A model generated the notes under the pieces. It was not told the origin of the DNA. It saw nothing but the letters and a program-made list of their open reading frames with translations, and searched no databases. Shown piece after piece: positions 37,805 to 46,307 of a DNA stretch of 64,000 bases. Source of the DNA: Patescibacteria group bacterium (GTDB taxonomy: Bacteria; Patescibacteriota; Microgenomatia; UBA1400; PJMF01); NCBI GenBank assembly GCA_016861205.1, contig BOKX01000001.1, positions 72,539 through 136,538 on the forward strand, given 5' to 3'. Position 1 is the stretch's first letter; each line of letters starts with the position of its first letter. Made by a program: the position numbers and the translations under genes.

Positions 37805-38332
37805 TTACTCTTCAATGGTGAACTCGATGAGTTCATTGCCTTTTTCGTACACAGCCGAGTATGACACCACGTGGTCATTGTCGCTAAAAATATGGTCGGC
37901 TGCCTGTTTGATCTCAGCAAGCAAATTATCGAGTTTGACAATCTCAGCTGGAGTCAACCATCGTAGCTCACCATCGGCCGGGTCTTGTATGACCTCGCCA
38001 CTGGCCCAGTCTGCCATCACAAAATTGAAAAAAACCTCCTGATCGAGGTCTTTGAGATAGGCGTTGCCAACCACTTTGACTTTTAAATTTTTGATTTCCA
38101 AGCCAGTCTCTTCACGAATTTCTCGCCGAGCGGCCGCAAACAAACCTTCGTTGAACTCCCGTTTGCCACCTGGAGCCATCCAGACACCCGGCATGATTCT
38201 TTTGTCGGGGTTGCGGTGAAGCATCAGGTACTTACCATCTTTTTTAACAAAACACTCGAGTGTGACAATGATGTGGCGATCAGACATGGGGTCATTATAC
38301 ACATTGGCAGTGGTGACAACTTCTGATTGCAT
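37805..38332 (-). CDS. NUDIX hydrolase
   Basis: Nudix box GGKREFNEGLFAAARREIREETGL. Confidence 0.85.
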   Translation of the reverse strand: MQSEVVTTANVYNDPMSDRHIIVTLECFVKKDGKYLMLHRNPDKRIMPGVWMAPGGKREFNEGLFAAARREIREETGLEIKNLKVKVVGNAYLKDLDQEVFFNFVMADWASGEVIQDPADGELRWLTPAEIVKLDNLLAEIKQAADHIFSDNDHVVSYSAVYEKGNELIEFTIEE

Positions 38333-38362
38333 TTGTCTGAACTGTAGTAGAATTGGAGGGTT

Positions 38363-39211
38363 ATGTCACTTGATCCTGCTCGTCTCAGAATTGTTACCTA
38401 CAACATTCTTTTCTCCCGTAATGCCAGCCAAATTATTCAAAACTTAGTTAAACTGGCTCGGGCTGGGGTAGATGTCTTCTGTTTGCAAGAAGTAACGCAC
38501 TTCGATGATCGGCCATTTATTATTGATGAGCTACTGACGCAGCTCAACTCAAATGGTGAAACCTGGGCTGCTACTGGACATTTGGGTGAAGAGCGAACGC
38601 GCCTCGGTATGGGTACGTATTTAGTTTGGAACACGGCCCGTTTGCAACTCACCTCAGAGGCAAAGTTTGAACTTCCCAAGCGCGAAAAACTTCATTTTCA
38701 TGAGTGGCTGTTTGCCAAAGTCATGGGTGGAGCTGGTGTCTCGTACCAGCGTCGTTCCACCACTGGCCAGTTCACCTTCCAAGGTCAGCCGATTCGGATT
38801 TCTAGTTTGCACTTAGATCACATTGGTGGGATTCCCAATCGGCAGAATCAACTGAAGTTTTTCCTGAAACAGCTGGACACCCTACCCGCTTGCTCCACTG
38901 ACATTATTGCCGGCGACTTTAACAGTTTTGACTTACTCAAAACCAAGCAAGAACTCAAGGCTATCACGGCCACGTTGGGACCGCAGTTTATTGATGCAGC
39001 CGCGCAGATCCCCTGGACAGGCGATTTGTATGACGTTGATCTCTCGACCGCTTGGCCAATCACCAAGTTTGCGATCCGGGTGCTACACATTCATATCCAA
39101 CGTAAGCTGGACTACTTATGGGTTAAAGGCTGGTCAGTGAAACACTGCGAAAAAGTGCAGGCAACTGGTTCGGACCACTCGCCGCTGGTGGCGGAGTTGG
39201 AGTTGTTGTAG
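38363..39211 (+). CDS. endonuclease/exonuclease/phosphatase (EEP) family protein
   Basis: VTYNI N-terminus, GDFN, and C-terminal GSDHSPLVAEL. Confidence 0.8.
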   Translation: MSLDPARLRIVTYNILFSRNASQIIQNLVKLARAGVDVFCLQEVTHFDDRPFIIDELLTQLNSNGETWAATGHLGEERTRLGMGTYLVWNTARLQLTSEAKFELPKREKLHFHEWLFAKVMGGAGVSYQRRSTTGQFTFQGQPIRISSLHLDHIGGIPNRQNQLKFFLKQLDTLPACSTDIIAGDFNSFDLLKTKQELKAITATLGPQFIDAAAQIPWTGDLYDVDLSTAWPITKFAIRVLHIHIQRKLDYLWVKGWSVKHCEKVQATGSDHSPLVAELELL

Positions 39212-39212
39212 C

Positions 39213-39716
39213 TCATTGAGAGAGTAGCTCTAGATATTCATCAAAGTCTTTTTCGAAGGCAACATGCAGTTGAGTTTCAGGTTTATCGTTCTCATGAGAA
39301 TGTTCTTTAAGAAAGGTGTGAATTGTTTCAAGAGTTTTCACTTGTTTCTCTCGTGCTCGGCACATTTCGGTGACCTTAATTGCTAGCTGGTAGAGTTCGT
39401 TTTGAGAGACGTTTAGTTCATAACCATTAATACTTAACATCAGTAACAATCCCATAGTTGCTAATCTTTTATTACCATTTGTCGGTAAAATGTGGTTCTC
39501 GATCAGAAGAAAAAAAGTCAAAGCTGTTTTTTCAAACAATGTATCAGAAAAGCTGGCTTTCTTTGGTCGTTGAAACGGGGCAGCCAACGATGCATGGAGC
39601 TTACTCAGGTTACAGACGGAAAAGGCATCTACCGGTTCGTCAGTCCGCAAATTCTGTCTTAAAAAATCAATAATCGTATGAATGGCTAAAGGGGTTAAAC
39701 CAATAACCCTACGCAT
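39213..39716 (-). CDS. Fic/Doc-family protein, Doc (death-on-curing)-like toxin
   Basis: ENHILPTNGNKRLATMGLL carries the GNKR signature of the Doc branch (Doc consensus HxFxDGNKR), with one extra residue. Confidence 0.55.
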   Translation of the reverse strand: MRRVIGLTPLAIHTIIDFLRQNLRTDEPVDAFSVCNLSKLHASLAAPFQRPKKASFSDTLFEKTALTFFLLIENHILPTNGNKRLATMGLLLMLSINGYELNVSQNELYQLAIKVTEMCRAREKQVKTLETIHTFLKEHSHENDKPETQLHVAFEKDFDEYLELLSQ

Positions 39717-39858
39717 TTCTCAGCTGTGAGCTGTCACCCAGCATTTCAAATGTTTTTTTGAATTGCAGAAAGAGACTTTTGGTTTTAGTTTGATACAGCT
39801 TGCGAAGTTCGGCGGGTTTCTGTGCAGCTCGTTTTTTTGTTACAGATTTCATTTTCAT
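39710..39858 (-). CDS. putative antitoxin, 49-aa Lys-rich protein overlapping the doc start
   Basis: MKMKSVTKKRAAQKPAELRKLYQTKTKSLFLQFKKTFEMLGDSSQLRNA. Its TAG stop overlaps the Doc ATG (aATGcgTAG). It starts directly after the stop of the SGNH hydrolase gene and is below the ORF-track cutoff. Confidence 0.4.
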
Positions 39859-40521
39859 TCATATTGATTCTAGCATATTTGCTAGCTTTTCAGCGATAAG
39901 TTTATGACTCACGCTATCGAGATGATAGCCATCAATTAAGCTTGGTTGAGCTATCTTGGCCAGGTCAAGAAAATGGCATTTCTCAACTTCAGCAACTTGT
40001 TGCAACAAAGCCCCGAGGGCTTGCGATTTCTGACCGGCACCGAGGTATTTGTCTGTGACTCCTGGAACAGTTTCATCAATCAAAGGTGGTGACAGCAAAA
40101 CAACAACTGGTGGCTGCCCATCAGAGTTAACCGCAAACTCGCGGATGCGGCGAATTAAACCTTGGACACTAGCAGCAACTTGCTGGGGTGTTCGGTTAAA
40201 GCGGGCTTTTAAATCATTGGTGCCGAGGGCAAGTAGCACGATATCAATGGGGTTGTGGGTTTCTAAACAAGGTCGCAGATAGGTCGCCCCATTTCGGTCT
40301 GGTCGTTGATCGTCATCAAGATCGGTAGTTCGAGCGCTCAAACCTTCTTCAATAACTTCATACGACTCGCCAAGTTTTCGTTGAAGCTGGCCAGTCCAAC
40401 GCACATCAGCTGGATAGCGGACACCCGAGCTGACTGGATTTCGTCCCCAGGTATTTGAGTCGCCGTAGCAGAGAATACGGATGGCGGTGGGATTGAAGTT
40501 CATAAGTGAATTGTAACGCAT
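39859..40521 (-). CDS. SGNH/GDSL hydrolase
   Basis: ILCYGDSNTWG (block I), GTND (block III), DGYH (block V). Confidence 0.85.
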   Translation of the reverse strand: MRYNSLMNFNPTAIRILCYGDSNTWGRNPVSSGVRYPADVRWTGQLQRKLGESYEVIEEGLSARTTDLDDDQRPDRNGATYLRPCLETHNPIDIVLLALGTNDLKARFNRTPQQVAASVQGLIRRIREFAVNSDGQPPVVVLLSPPLIDETVPGVTDKYLGAGQKSQALGALLQQVAEVEKCHFLDLAKIAQPSLIDGYHLDSVSHKLIAEKLANMLESI

Positions 40522-40614
40522 CGAAGATTGGAACTGTCACAAAAGGCAGTTTGGTTGTACAGCGAAAACGTGGTATGGTTTACAGCAAATAAATGATTTT
40601 CGAGAGGATCGCAC

Positions 40615-41169
40615 ATGGTTTCAGAAATTTTTTCCCGACTTGCAGAAGAAAATGAAGCTTGGTGGTCACGGCGCGTATCCGCTAGCCAGCCAGAACAGCA
40701 GCCAACTCAGCAGGTAAAAATTGAGACGATGCTAAAACCAGCGATTGCAGAACTACAAACTGTCATGCTCGATGCAGCCATGGCTATCAAAACCGCAGAT
40801 GTGGCTATCAAGAGACAAGTTATTCAACAGTTGATGGAAAGATGCCCCGTGGCGTTTGTTTCTGACATGCCCGAAGATAATCCAACGAACTTACTACATA
40901 CGGGTGGACAGTGGGAGATTCAAGCCGATGCCAAGTTTCAAATGCCGGACCAGTACGACACTTTTATTAGAGAGTTAGTGCATGAGCTTGGCGCAATGCT
41001 GATCTTGGAAAAAATGCAGACACTCAGGGAAAAACAAGGTGAACAAATTGATCTAAACGACCAAGAACAACTCTATCAGCTCAAAGCTGATCTGGTTTTT
41101 GATAACAAATTTAGTTTGACGCATCTTATCGATCGTTTGCTAGAAGAGCTGGTCGTGTCGTTGCCGTGA
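40615..41169 (+). CDS. hypothetical protein
   Basis: 184 aa with no motif. Confidence 0.35.
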   Translation: MVSEIFSRLAEENEAWWSRRVSASQPEQQPTQQVKIETMLKPAIAELQTVMLDAAMAIKTADVAIKRQVIQQLMERCPVAFVSDMPEDNPTNLLHTGGQWEIQADAKFQMPDQYDTFIRELVHELGAMLILEKMQTLREKQGEQIDLNDQEQLYQLKADLVFDNKFSLTHLIDRLLEELVVSLP

Positions 41170-41203
41170 GCACGACCAAAACTGTGTTACGATTCAGCTA
41201 TCT

Positions 41204-42241
41204 ATGGCCCAGTTCCCCATCTCCAGCAACCTCTTTTTTTTGTACGGTTACTCAGGCTCTGGTAAAAGCTCGCTGGGTCGCGAGTTGCAGATTGTGTTCA
41301 AGGATCGTGGCTACCAAGTTTTAAGTTTGTCATCTGGAGATTTGTTCCGATCTGCGATGGCCGATCCAGTTATTGCTGAGCAGATGAAAGCCGGTCAGTT
41401 CATTGAGAGCCTGGATGCTATCCAGCCGCAAATCAAAGCTGCATTTGCTAAGTTCTTTAGGTTATTTGAAGAAACCGACGGCCAGATAGTCATGATCTTA
41501 GATGGCCTAATTCGTCGGTCTGGGTTTACCAATGCAGAAGGAACATGGATTCCATCACAAGTCGACCAAGTAGCTTCGGCCTTAAGGTGGGCAGTGACTG
41601 AGCAGGAACAGGCTATCAGCTCTGCCGCAGCTCGACGTATTATTGAGTACTCAAGACATATTTTAGTTGATTTGACTCCCCAAGATGCTGAGCGACAATT
41701 GAAAGCTAGGACAAATCGAGCTTTGGATGTGGTATATAGCCAGCTCAAACAACGAGAAGCCAGTCATGGTTTGAGCCGAGAGTGGCGAGCTACTTTCGAT
41801 TATATTCACTATTTTTTTGCCAACAACTTGGACTTAGGGGCAGAAGAAAAAGCTGCGGTGGCCGAGTTACAGCGACTCATCGATGAGTATCACATTGAAA
41901 CCGAGTTGCGACTTGAGAATCTTGACCCAGCTGGTCGTCGCAAGTTGCTAAGCAATTTTTTGGGGCGGGACGCTGAAGGCGGTTTGGTGCCTGGACCTGG
42001 TGCTGAGGCTTTAATTAATGATCTGGGTTTTCAATTAACGCCTTGGGGTGAACTAACCACAGCTCGTGAAAATGCTGTGCGGATACCCAATGGTGAAAGT
42101 CGTGGCTATACCTTCGAAGTCTTTCTCGATCACTGCCGTCGGGAAGGTGCTCTCTTAGCACAAGAGACCAGTGAAACACTGCTAACGTTAAGTAGCTTGG
42201 AAGCCGAGCTGGGTGGCGGTTTAAAGGTGGAACGACGATGA
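41204..42241 (+). CDS. P-loop NTPase, kinase-like
   Basis: Walker A FFLYGYSGSGKSSLGREL; Walker B-like MILDGL; overlaps the downstream epimerase start by 4 nt. Confidence 0.5.
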   Translation: MAQFPISSNLFFLYGYSGSGKSSLGRELQIVFKDRGYQVLSLSSGDLFRSAMADPVIAEQMKAGQFIESLDAIQPQIKAAFAKFFRLFEETDGQIVMILDGLIRRSGFTNAEGTWIPSQVDQVASALRWAVTEQEQAISSAAARRIIEYSRHILVDLTPQDAERQLKARTNRALDVVYSQLKQREASHGLSREWRATFDYIHYFFANNLDLGAEEKAAVAELQRLIDEYHIETELRLENLDPAGRRKLLSNFLGRDAEGGLVPGPGAEALINDLGFQLTPWGELTTARENAVRIPNGESRGYTFEVFLDHCRREGALLAQETSETLLTLSSLEAELGGGLKVERR

Positions 42242-43218
42242 GTGACCGAGTTCTCATCACGGGAGTGGCTGGTTTTGTGGGCAGCAACTTGGTGCGCGAA
42301 CTCCTGGCTAACACCAAAGCTGAAGTACATGGCTTGCTGCGGCCAAACACCAACACATGGCGTTTGAAAGATATAAACTCGGAGTCTCGTTTGCATCTGC
42401 ACCAGGTTGATTTACTCGATCGCGATGCCTTAGTGAAGGTTATTTCTCAGATTAAACCCACGGTGATTTACCACTTGGCGGCTCATGGGGCTTATCACTG
42501 GCAAACTGAGTTTGAACCAATTTTTACCACCAACGTGTTTGCAACGTGGTATCTGCATCAAGCATTAGCAGACCATTCCTACCGCGCCTTTATCAATGTG
42601 GGTAGTTCATCCGAGTATGGTTGGTCGACACAGCCGATGCGGGAAACTGATCGACTCAGTCCCAATAGTTTGTATGCCGTTGCCAAGGCTGCTCAGACAC
42701 AACTGGTAGGTTACTTGGGACAAGTGGAGCACAAACCGATACTCACTGTCAGATTGTTTTCGGTTTTCGGGCCGTATGAAGATCGAGGAAAATTGTGGCC
42801 GACAGTTTGGCAGTCTACTCTCACCCACCAGCCGCTCAAGCTGGCTGACCCGCAAGCGGCCCACGACTTTATTTACGTTGACGATGTGACAGCGGCGTTG
42901 AGACAACTGAGTCAGGCTGCTTTTAAGCCAGGTTCAGTTTTTAATTTGGGCACCGGTCGTCAAACAACTCTTGGTGAGGTAGCTGCGTGTGTGGAGCAAG
43001 TCGCTGGCCAAACCTTAGCAGTTGAGTGGTCGACCCATCCAGCACATCGATGGGATACCCATCACTGGGTAGCCAATCCGCGCCAGCTTCAGCGTTTACT
43101 TCACTGGAAACCACGGTATGATCTAACTACTGCTGCCCAAGCGTATTGGCGTTGGTTCCAAACCAACCATCATATCTATGACCACCACTTGCCGGCACCA
43201 GCCTCATCTGATTCCTAA
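42238..43218 (+). CDS. NAD-dependent epimerase/dehydratase (extended SDR)
   Basis: VLITGVAGFVGSNLVREL Rossmann motif; YAVAK (YxxxK). Confidence 0.85.
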   Translation: MSDRVLITGVAGFVGSNLVRELLANTKAEVHGLLRPNTNTWRLKDINSESRLHLHQVDLLDRDALVKVISQIKPTVIYHLAAHGAYHWQTEFEPIFTTNVFATWYLHQALADHSYRAFINVGSSSEYGWSTQPMRETDRLSPNSLYAVAKAAQTQLVGYLGQVEHKPILTVRLFSVFGPYEDRGKLWPTVWQSTLTHQPLKLADPQAAHDFIYVDDVTAALRQLSQAAFKPGSVFNLGTGRQTTLGEVAACVEQVAGQTLAVEWSTHPAHRWDTHHWVANPRQLQRLLHWKPRYDLTTAAQAYWRWFQTNHHIYDHHLPAPASSDS

Positions 43219-44104
43219 TCCTTGTCCATTGTGCGGGAGTACACAGGTTCACCATTCAGAGATTTTGTATCCGGTGAACTTTCGTCCAGAACACCTGACA
43301 GCCACAACTTTTTCAGCCCGCCGGCTACCTGACAAGCTCCACTACCAACTAGTGAAATGTCAGCATGATGGGTTAGTTCGGTCTACCCCAATTTTGCCAG
43401 CCAAGGCTTTAGCGAAGCTTTACGAGCGCAGTCAGGTGACGTATCAACAAGAGGTGCCTTTTTTGCAAGCCACGTACATGCGTGCTTTACAGCCAGTCCT
43501 CACTATCTTGCCCAAATCGGCGCGGATTTTAGAGTTGGGCAGTGGTAATGGGTTTATGCTGGCTGCACTGCGCGAACAAGGATTCCGACAAGTGACTGGT
43601 ATTGAACCCAGCCGATCAGCGATTGCTCAGGCGCCAGCTGCCATCCGGCGACAGCTTATGAATGGTACTTTTGAATCGATCAAACTCAAAGCAAACAGTT
43701 TTGACCTTATTTTTATTTTGCAAACACTGGACCACTTGCCAGACCCCAATGCGGTTTTAGCCAAAGCATACCGACTATTGAAGCGAGGTGGCTACATCGT
43801 GACCTACCATCACAATATCGAAAGTTGGTCACATCGGCTGCTGCGTGAACGTCATCCGATTATCGATATCGAACACACCCATCTTTACTCACCCAAAACA
43901 ACGGCGGCTCTTTTTGAGGCCCAAGGTTTTATTGTCAAAAAAATCTGGTCACCAGCAAATGTACTATCACTCCAACACTTGGCCTGGTTGTTGCCGCTCC
44001 CAAAGTTTTTAAAGAAATGGTACTTAAATCAAAACTGGCCATGGTCGAGACTGTCGCTCACGCTACAATTGGGCAATACGGCGGCTATTGTTCAGAAGCC
44101 TTAG
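43178..44104 (+). CDS. class I SAM-dependent methyltransferase with N-terminal Cys-rich zinc-ribbon-like segment
   Basis: CPLCGS...C..H N-terminus; motif I ILELGSGNGFMLAAL; LKRGGYIV. Confidence 0.7.
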   Translation: MTTTCRHQPHLIPNPCPLCGSTQVHHSEILYPVNFRPEHLTATTFSARRLPDKLHYQLVKCQHDGLVRSTPILPAKALAKLYERSQVTYQQEVPFLQATYMRALQPVLTILPKSARILELGSGNGFMLAALREQGFRQVTGIEPSRSAIAQAPAAIRRQLMNGTFESIKLKANSFDLIFILQTLDHLPDPNAVLAKAYRLLKRGGYIVTYHHNIESWSHRLLRERHPIIDIEHTHLYSPKTTAALFEAQGFIVKKIWSPANVLSLQHLAWLLPLPKFLKKWYLNQNWPWSRLSLTLQLGNTAAIVQKP

Positions 44105-44113
44105 GACACAGAC

Positions 44114-44866
44114 ATGCAATTTTCGCTTACCAATTTAACTGTGACGCAACGTCGTTGGCGACAGCGACTGCTGACAGTTAGCTTTGAACAAAAACTGTCC
44201 CATCTGGGATCTTGCCTTAGTTCATTGGACATCATCGGAGCTGTCTACTCTGTCAAAAAACCACATGACAGTTTTGTGTTATCAAACGGTCACGCTGCAT
44301 TTGCGTGGTATGTGATATTAGAAGACCACAAATTACTAAAATCTGATATCACCACGTTGAGTGTTCATCCTACCCGGGTTGAATGCCCAGCGATTTCAGT
44401 TTCAACTGGTAGTTTGGGTCACGGGTTGCCAATCGCAGTGGGGATGGCTTTAGCTAACCCACGCCAAACAATTTACTGCTTGGTCAGTGACGGTGAGTGT
44501 TATGAAGGTAGCATTTGGGAAGCGGTGAAAGTGATCACTGAACACAATGTGAAAAATCTCCAACTATTGGTGAATGCCAACGGCTGGGCTGCTTATCAAG
44601 CAACCAATAGTGAGCGATTAAAAAAACAGTTCAACGGTTTTGGAATGAAGGTTAAAACCTGCCAGGGTCATGATTGGCGCTCACTGATTCGGCAATTAAA
44701 ACTTGCGAAACCCTCACAATCAAACTCTATTCGTCCAGTACTTTTTTGCCAAACAACAGTTGAACAACTGCCTTTTTTGCATGGTCAGTCTGCTCATTAT
44801 CACGTCATGTCAGCTGCTGACTATGCCACGGCCACAACGTTACTGCTACCGAAAGGTGCCGTATGA
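44114..44866 (+). CDS. transketolase, N-terminal (TPP-binding) subunit
   Basis: SNGHAAFAWY, STGSLGHGLPIAVGMAL, VSDGECYEGSIWEA. Confidence 0.85.
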   Translation: MQFSLTNLTVTQRRWRQRLLTVSFEQKLSHLGSCLSSLDIIGAVYSVKKPHDSFVLSNGHAAFAWYVILEDHKLLKSDITTLSVHPTRVECPAISVSTGSLGHGLPIAVGMALANPRQTIYCLVSDGECYEGSIWEAVKVITEHNVKNLQLLVNANGWAAYQATNSERLKKQFNGFGMKVKTCQGHDWRSLIRQLKLAKPSQSNSIRPVLFCQTTVEQLPFLHGQSAHYHVMSAADYATATTLLLPKGAV

Positions 44867-45345
44867 ACTTGCGAGCTGAGTTTGCCAAACTTACCTTTGA
44901 TGCCATGGCTAGCGATCCCCGGGTTTGGGTGCTTACTGGTGATTTGGGATTTGGTGTGTGGGACAGCGTTCGCGATCGGTACCCGCGGCGGTTTTTAAAT
45001 GTCGGGGCGGCTGAGCAAGCCATGGTCGATATTGGGGTTGGCTTGGCTTTGCAAGGTCAGATTCCGATTATCTACTCAATTACCCCATTCGTGTTGTATC
45101 GACCGTTTGAGTCATTGCGGAACTATCTCCATCATGAGCAAATTCCGGTCAAACTAGTCGGTAGCGACCGAGATCGGGATTATGGCCACAACGGATTTTC
45201 ACACTGGGCCGAAGAAGACCAACACGTGTTAGCTACACTGCCAAACATTGCCACATTTCGGCCCAGCTCAGAACGTCAGTTGCAGACACAGTTCCGGAAG
45301 TTTATAACATCAACCAAATCTGCCTACCTGAACCTATGCCGGTAG
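44863..45345 (+). CDS. transketolase C-terminal-subunit-like protein (pyrimidine-binding domain only, short)
   Basis: FLNVGAAEQAMVDIGVGLALQG; only 160 aa, so it lacks the usual C-terminal TKC domain. Confidence 0.7.
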   Translation: MNLRAEFAKLTFDAMASDPRVWVLTGDLGFGVWDSVRDRYPRRFLNVGAAEQAMVDIGVGLALQGQIPIIYSITPFVLYRPFESLRNYLHHEQIPVKLVGSDRDRDYGHNGFSHWAEEDQHVLATLPNIATFRPSSERQLQTQFRKFITSTKSAYLNLCR

Positions 45346-46307
45346 CGAGGACGTCCAAACCGTTTATTTCTGCAGTTGTTGCTTGTTATGGTGATGAGTT
45401 GGCGATTCCAATTATGTATCGTCGGTTGGTGCGGGTTTTTGAACTTGTTGGAGCTAAGTTTGAGATTATTTTTGTCAACGATGGTAGCCCCGATAACTCA
45501 CGATCAGTTATAGACGCACTGGCAAAAAAAGATCAGCATGTTGTTGGCGTTCATCACAGTCGGAATTTCGGATCGCAGCTGGCATTCAGCAGCGGTTTAG
45601 AACAGGCGCGCGGACAAGCAGTGGTGTTGCTAGATGGAGACTTGCAGGATCCGCCTGAGCTAATACCAACGATGATCGATCGGTGGCAAGCTGGTTATCA
45701 AGTAGTGTATGGCCAACGAGTTGACCGAGTTGCACCCTGGTACATGCGCTGGGCTTACAAACTTTTTTATCGAATTTTTCAACGCTTATCGTATGTGAGA
45801 GTTCCGGTTGATGCTGGTGATTTCTCACTGATGGATAGACAGGTTGTCGAAGTTTTACAACTGTTCCCAGAACGCGACAGATTTTTGCGAGGTTTGCGGG
45901 CATGGGTTGGTTTCCGACAGATAGGTGTCCCCTATGTTCGTTCTGACCGGGTGTTTGGTCACAGCACCAACAACTTGTTAAAAAATATTCAGTGGGCAAG
46001 CAAAGGCATTTTCTCGTTTTCATTTGTGCCACTGCAGCTGATAACTTGGTTGTCGCTGGTTACATTCTGTATTTCACTCGCCGGCATCGTGGTGCAAGTC
46101 GTTTTACGATGGCTATTGCCTGACACACCACACGGGATTACAACCGTGATTGTGGTAGTTATGTTTTTGGGTGCAATACAACTGCTTGGAATTAGTGTGC
46201 TTGGCGAGTATATCGGCCGAATTTTTGAAGAAGTTAAACAACGACCGCGATTCGTGGTGGAGAAAGTGACACGCCATGGGCGTTCGACTCACCGCCCCAA
46301 CCGCTAA
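45336..46307 (+). CDS. GT2 polyprenyl-phosphate sugar transferase (DPM1/ArnC-like)
   Basis: ISAVVACYGDE, IIFVNDGSPD, LDGDLQDPPE (DxD), C-terminal TM helices. Confidence 0.85.
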   Translation: MPVARTSKPFISAVVACYGDELAIPIMYRRLVRVFELVGAKFEIIFVNDGSPDNSRSVIDALAKKDQHVVGVHHSRNFGSQLAFSSGLEQARGQAVVLLDGDLQDPPELIPTMIDRWQAGYQVVYGQRVDRVAPWYMRWAYKLFYRIFQRLSYVRVPVDAGDFSLMDRQVVEVLQLFPERDRFLRGLRAWVGFRQIGVPYVRSDRVFGHSTNNLLKNIQWASKGIFSFSFVPLQLITWLSLVTFCISLAGIVVQVVLRWLLPDTPHGITTVIVVVMFLGAIQLLGISVLGEYIGRIFEEVKQRPRFVVEKVTRHGRSTHRPNR

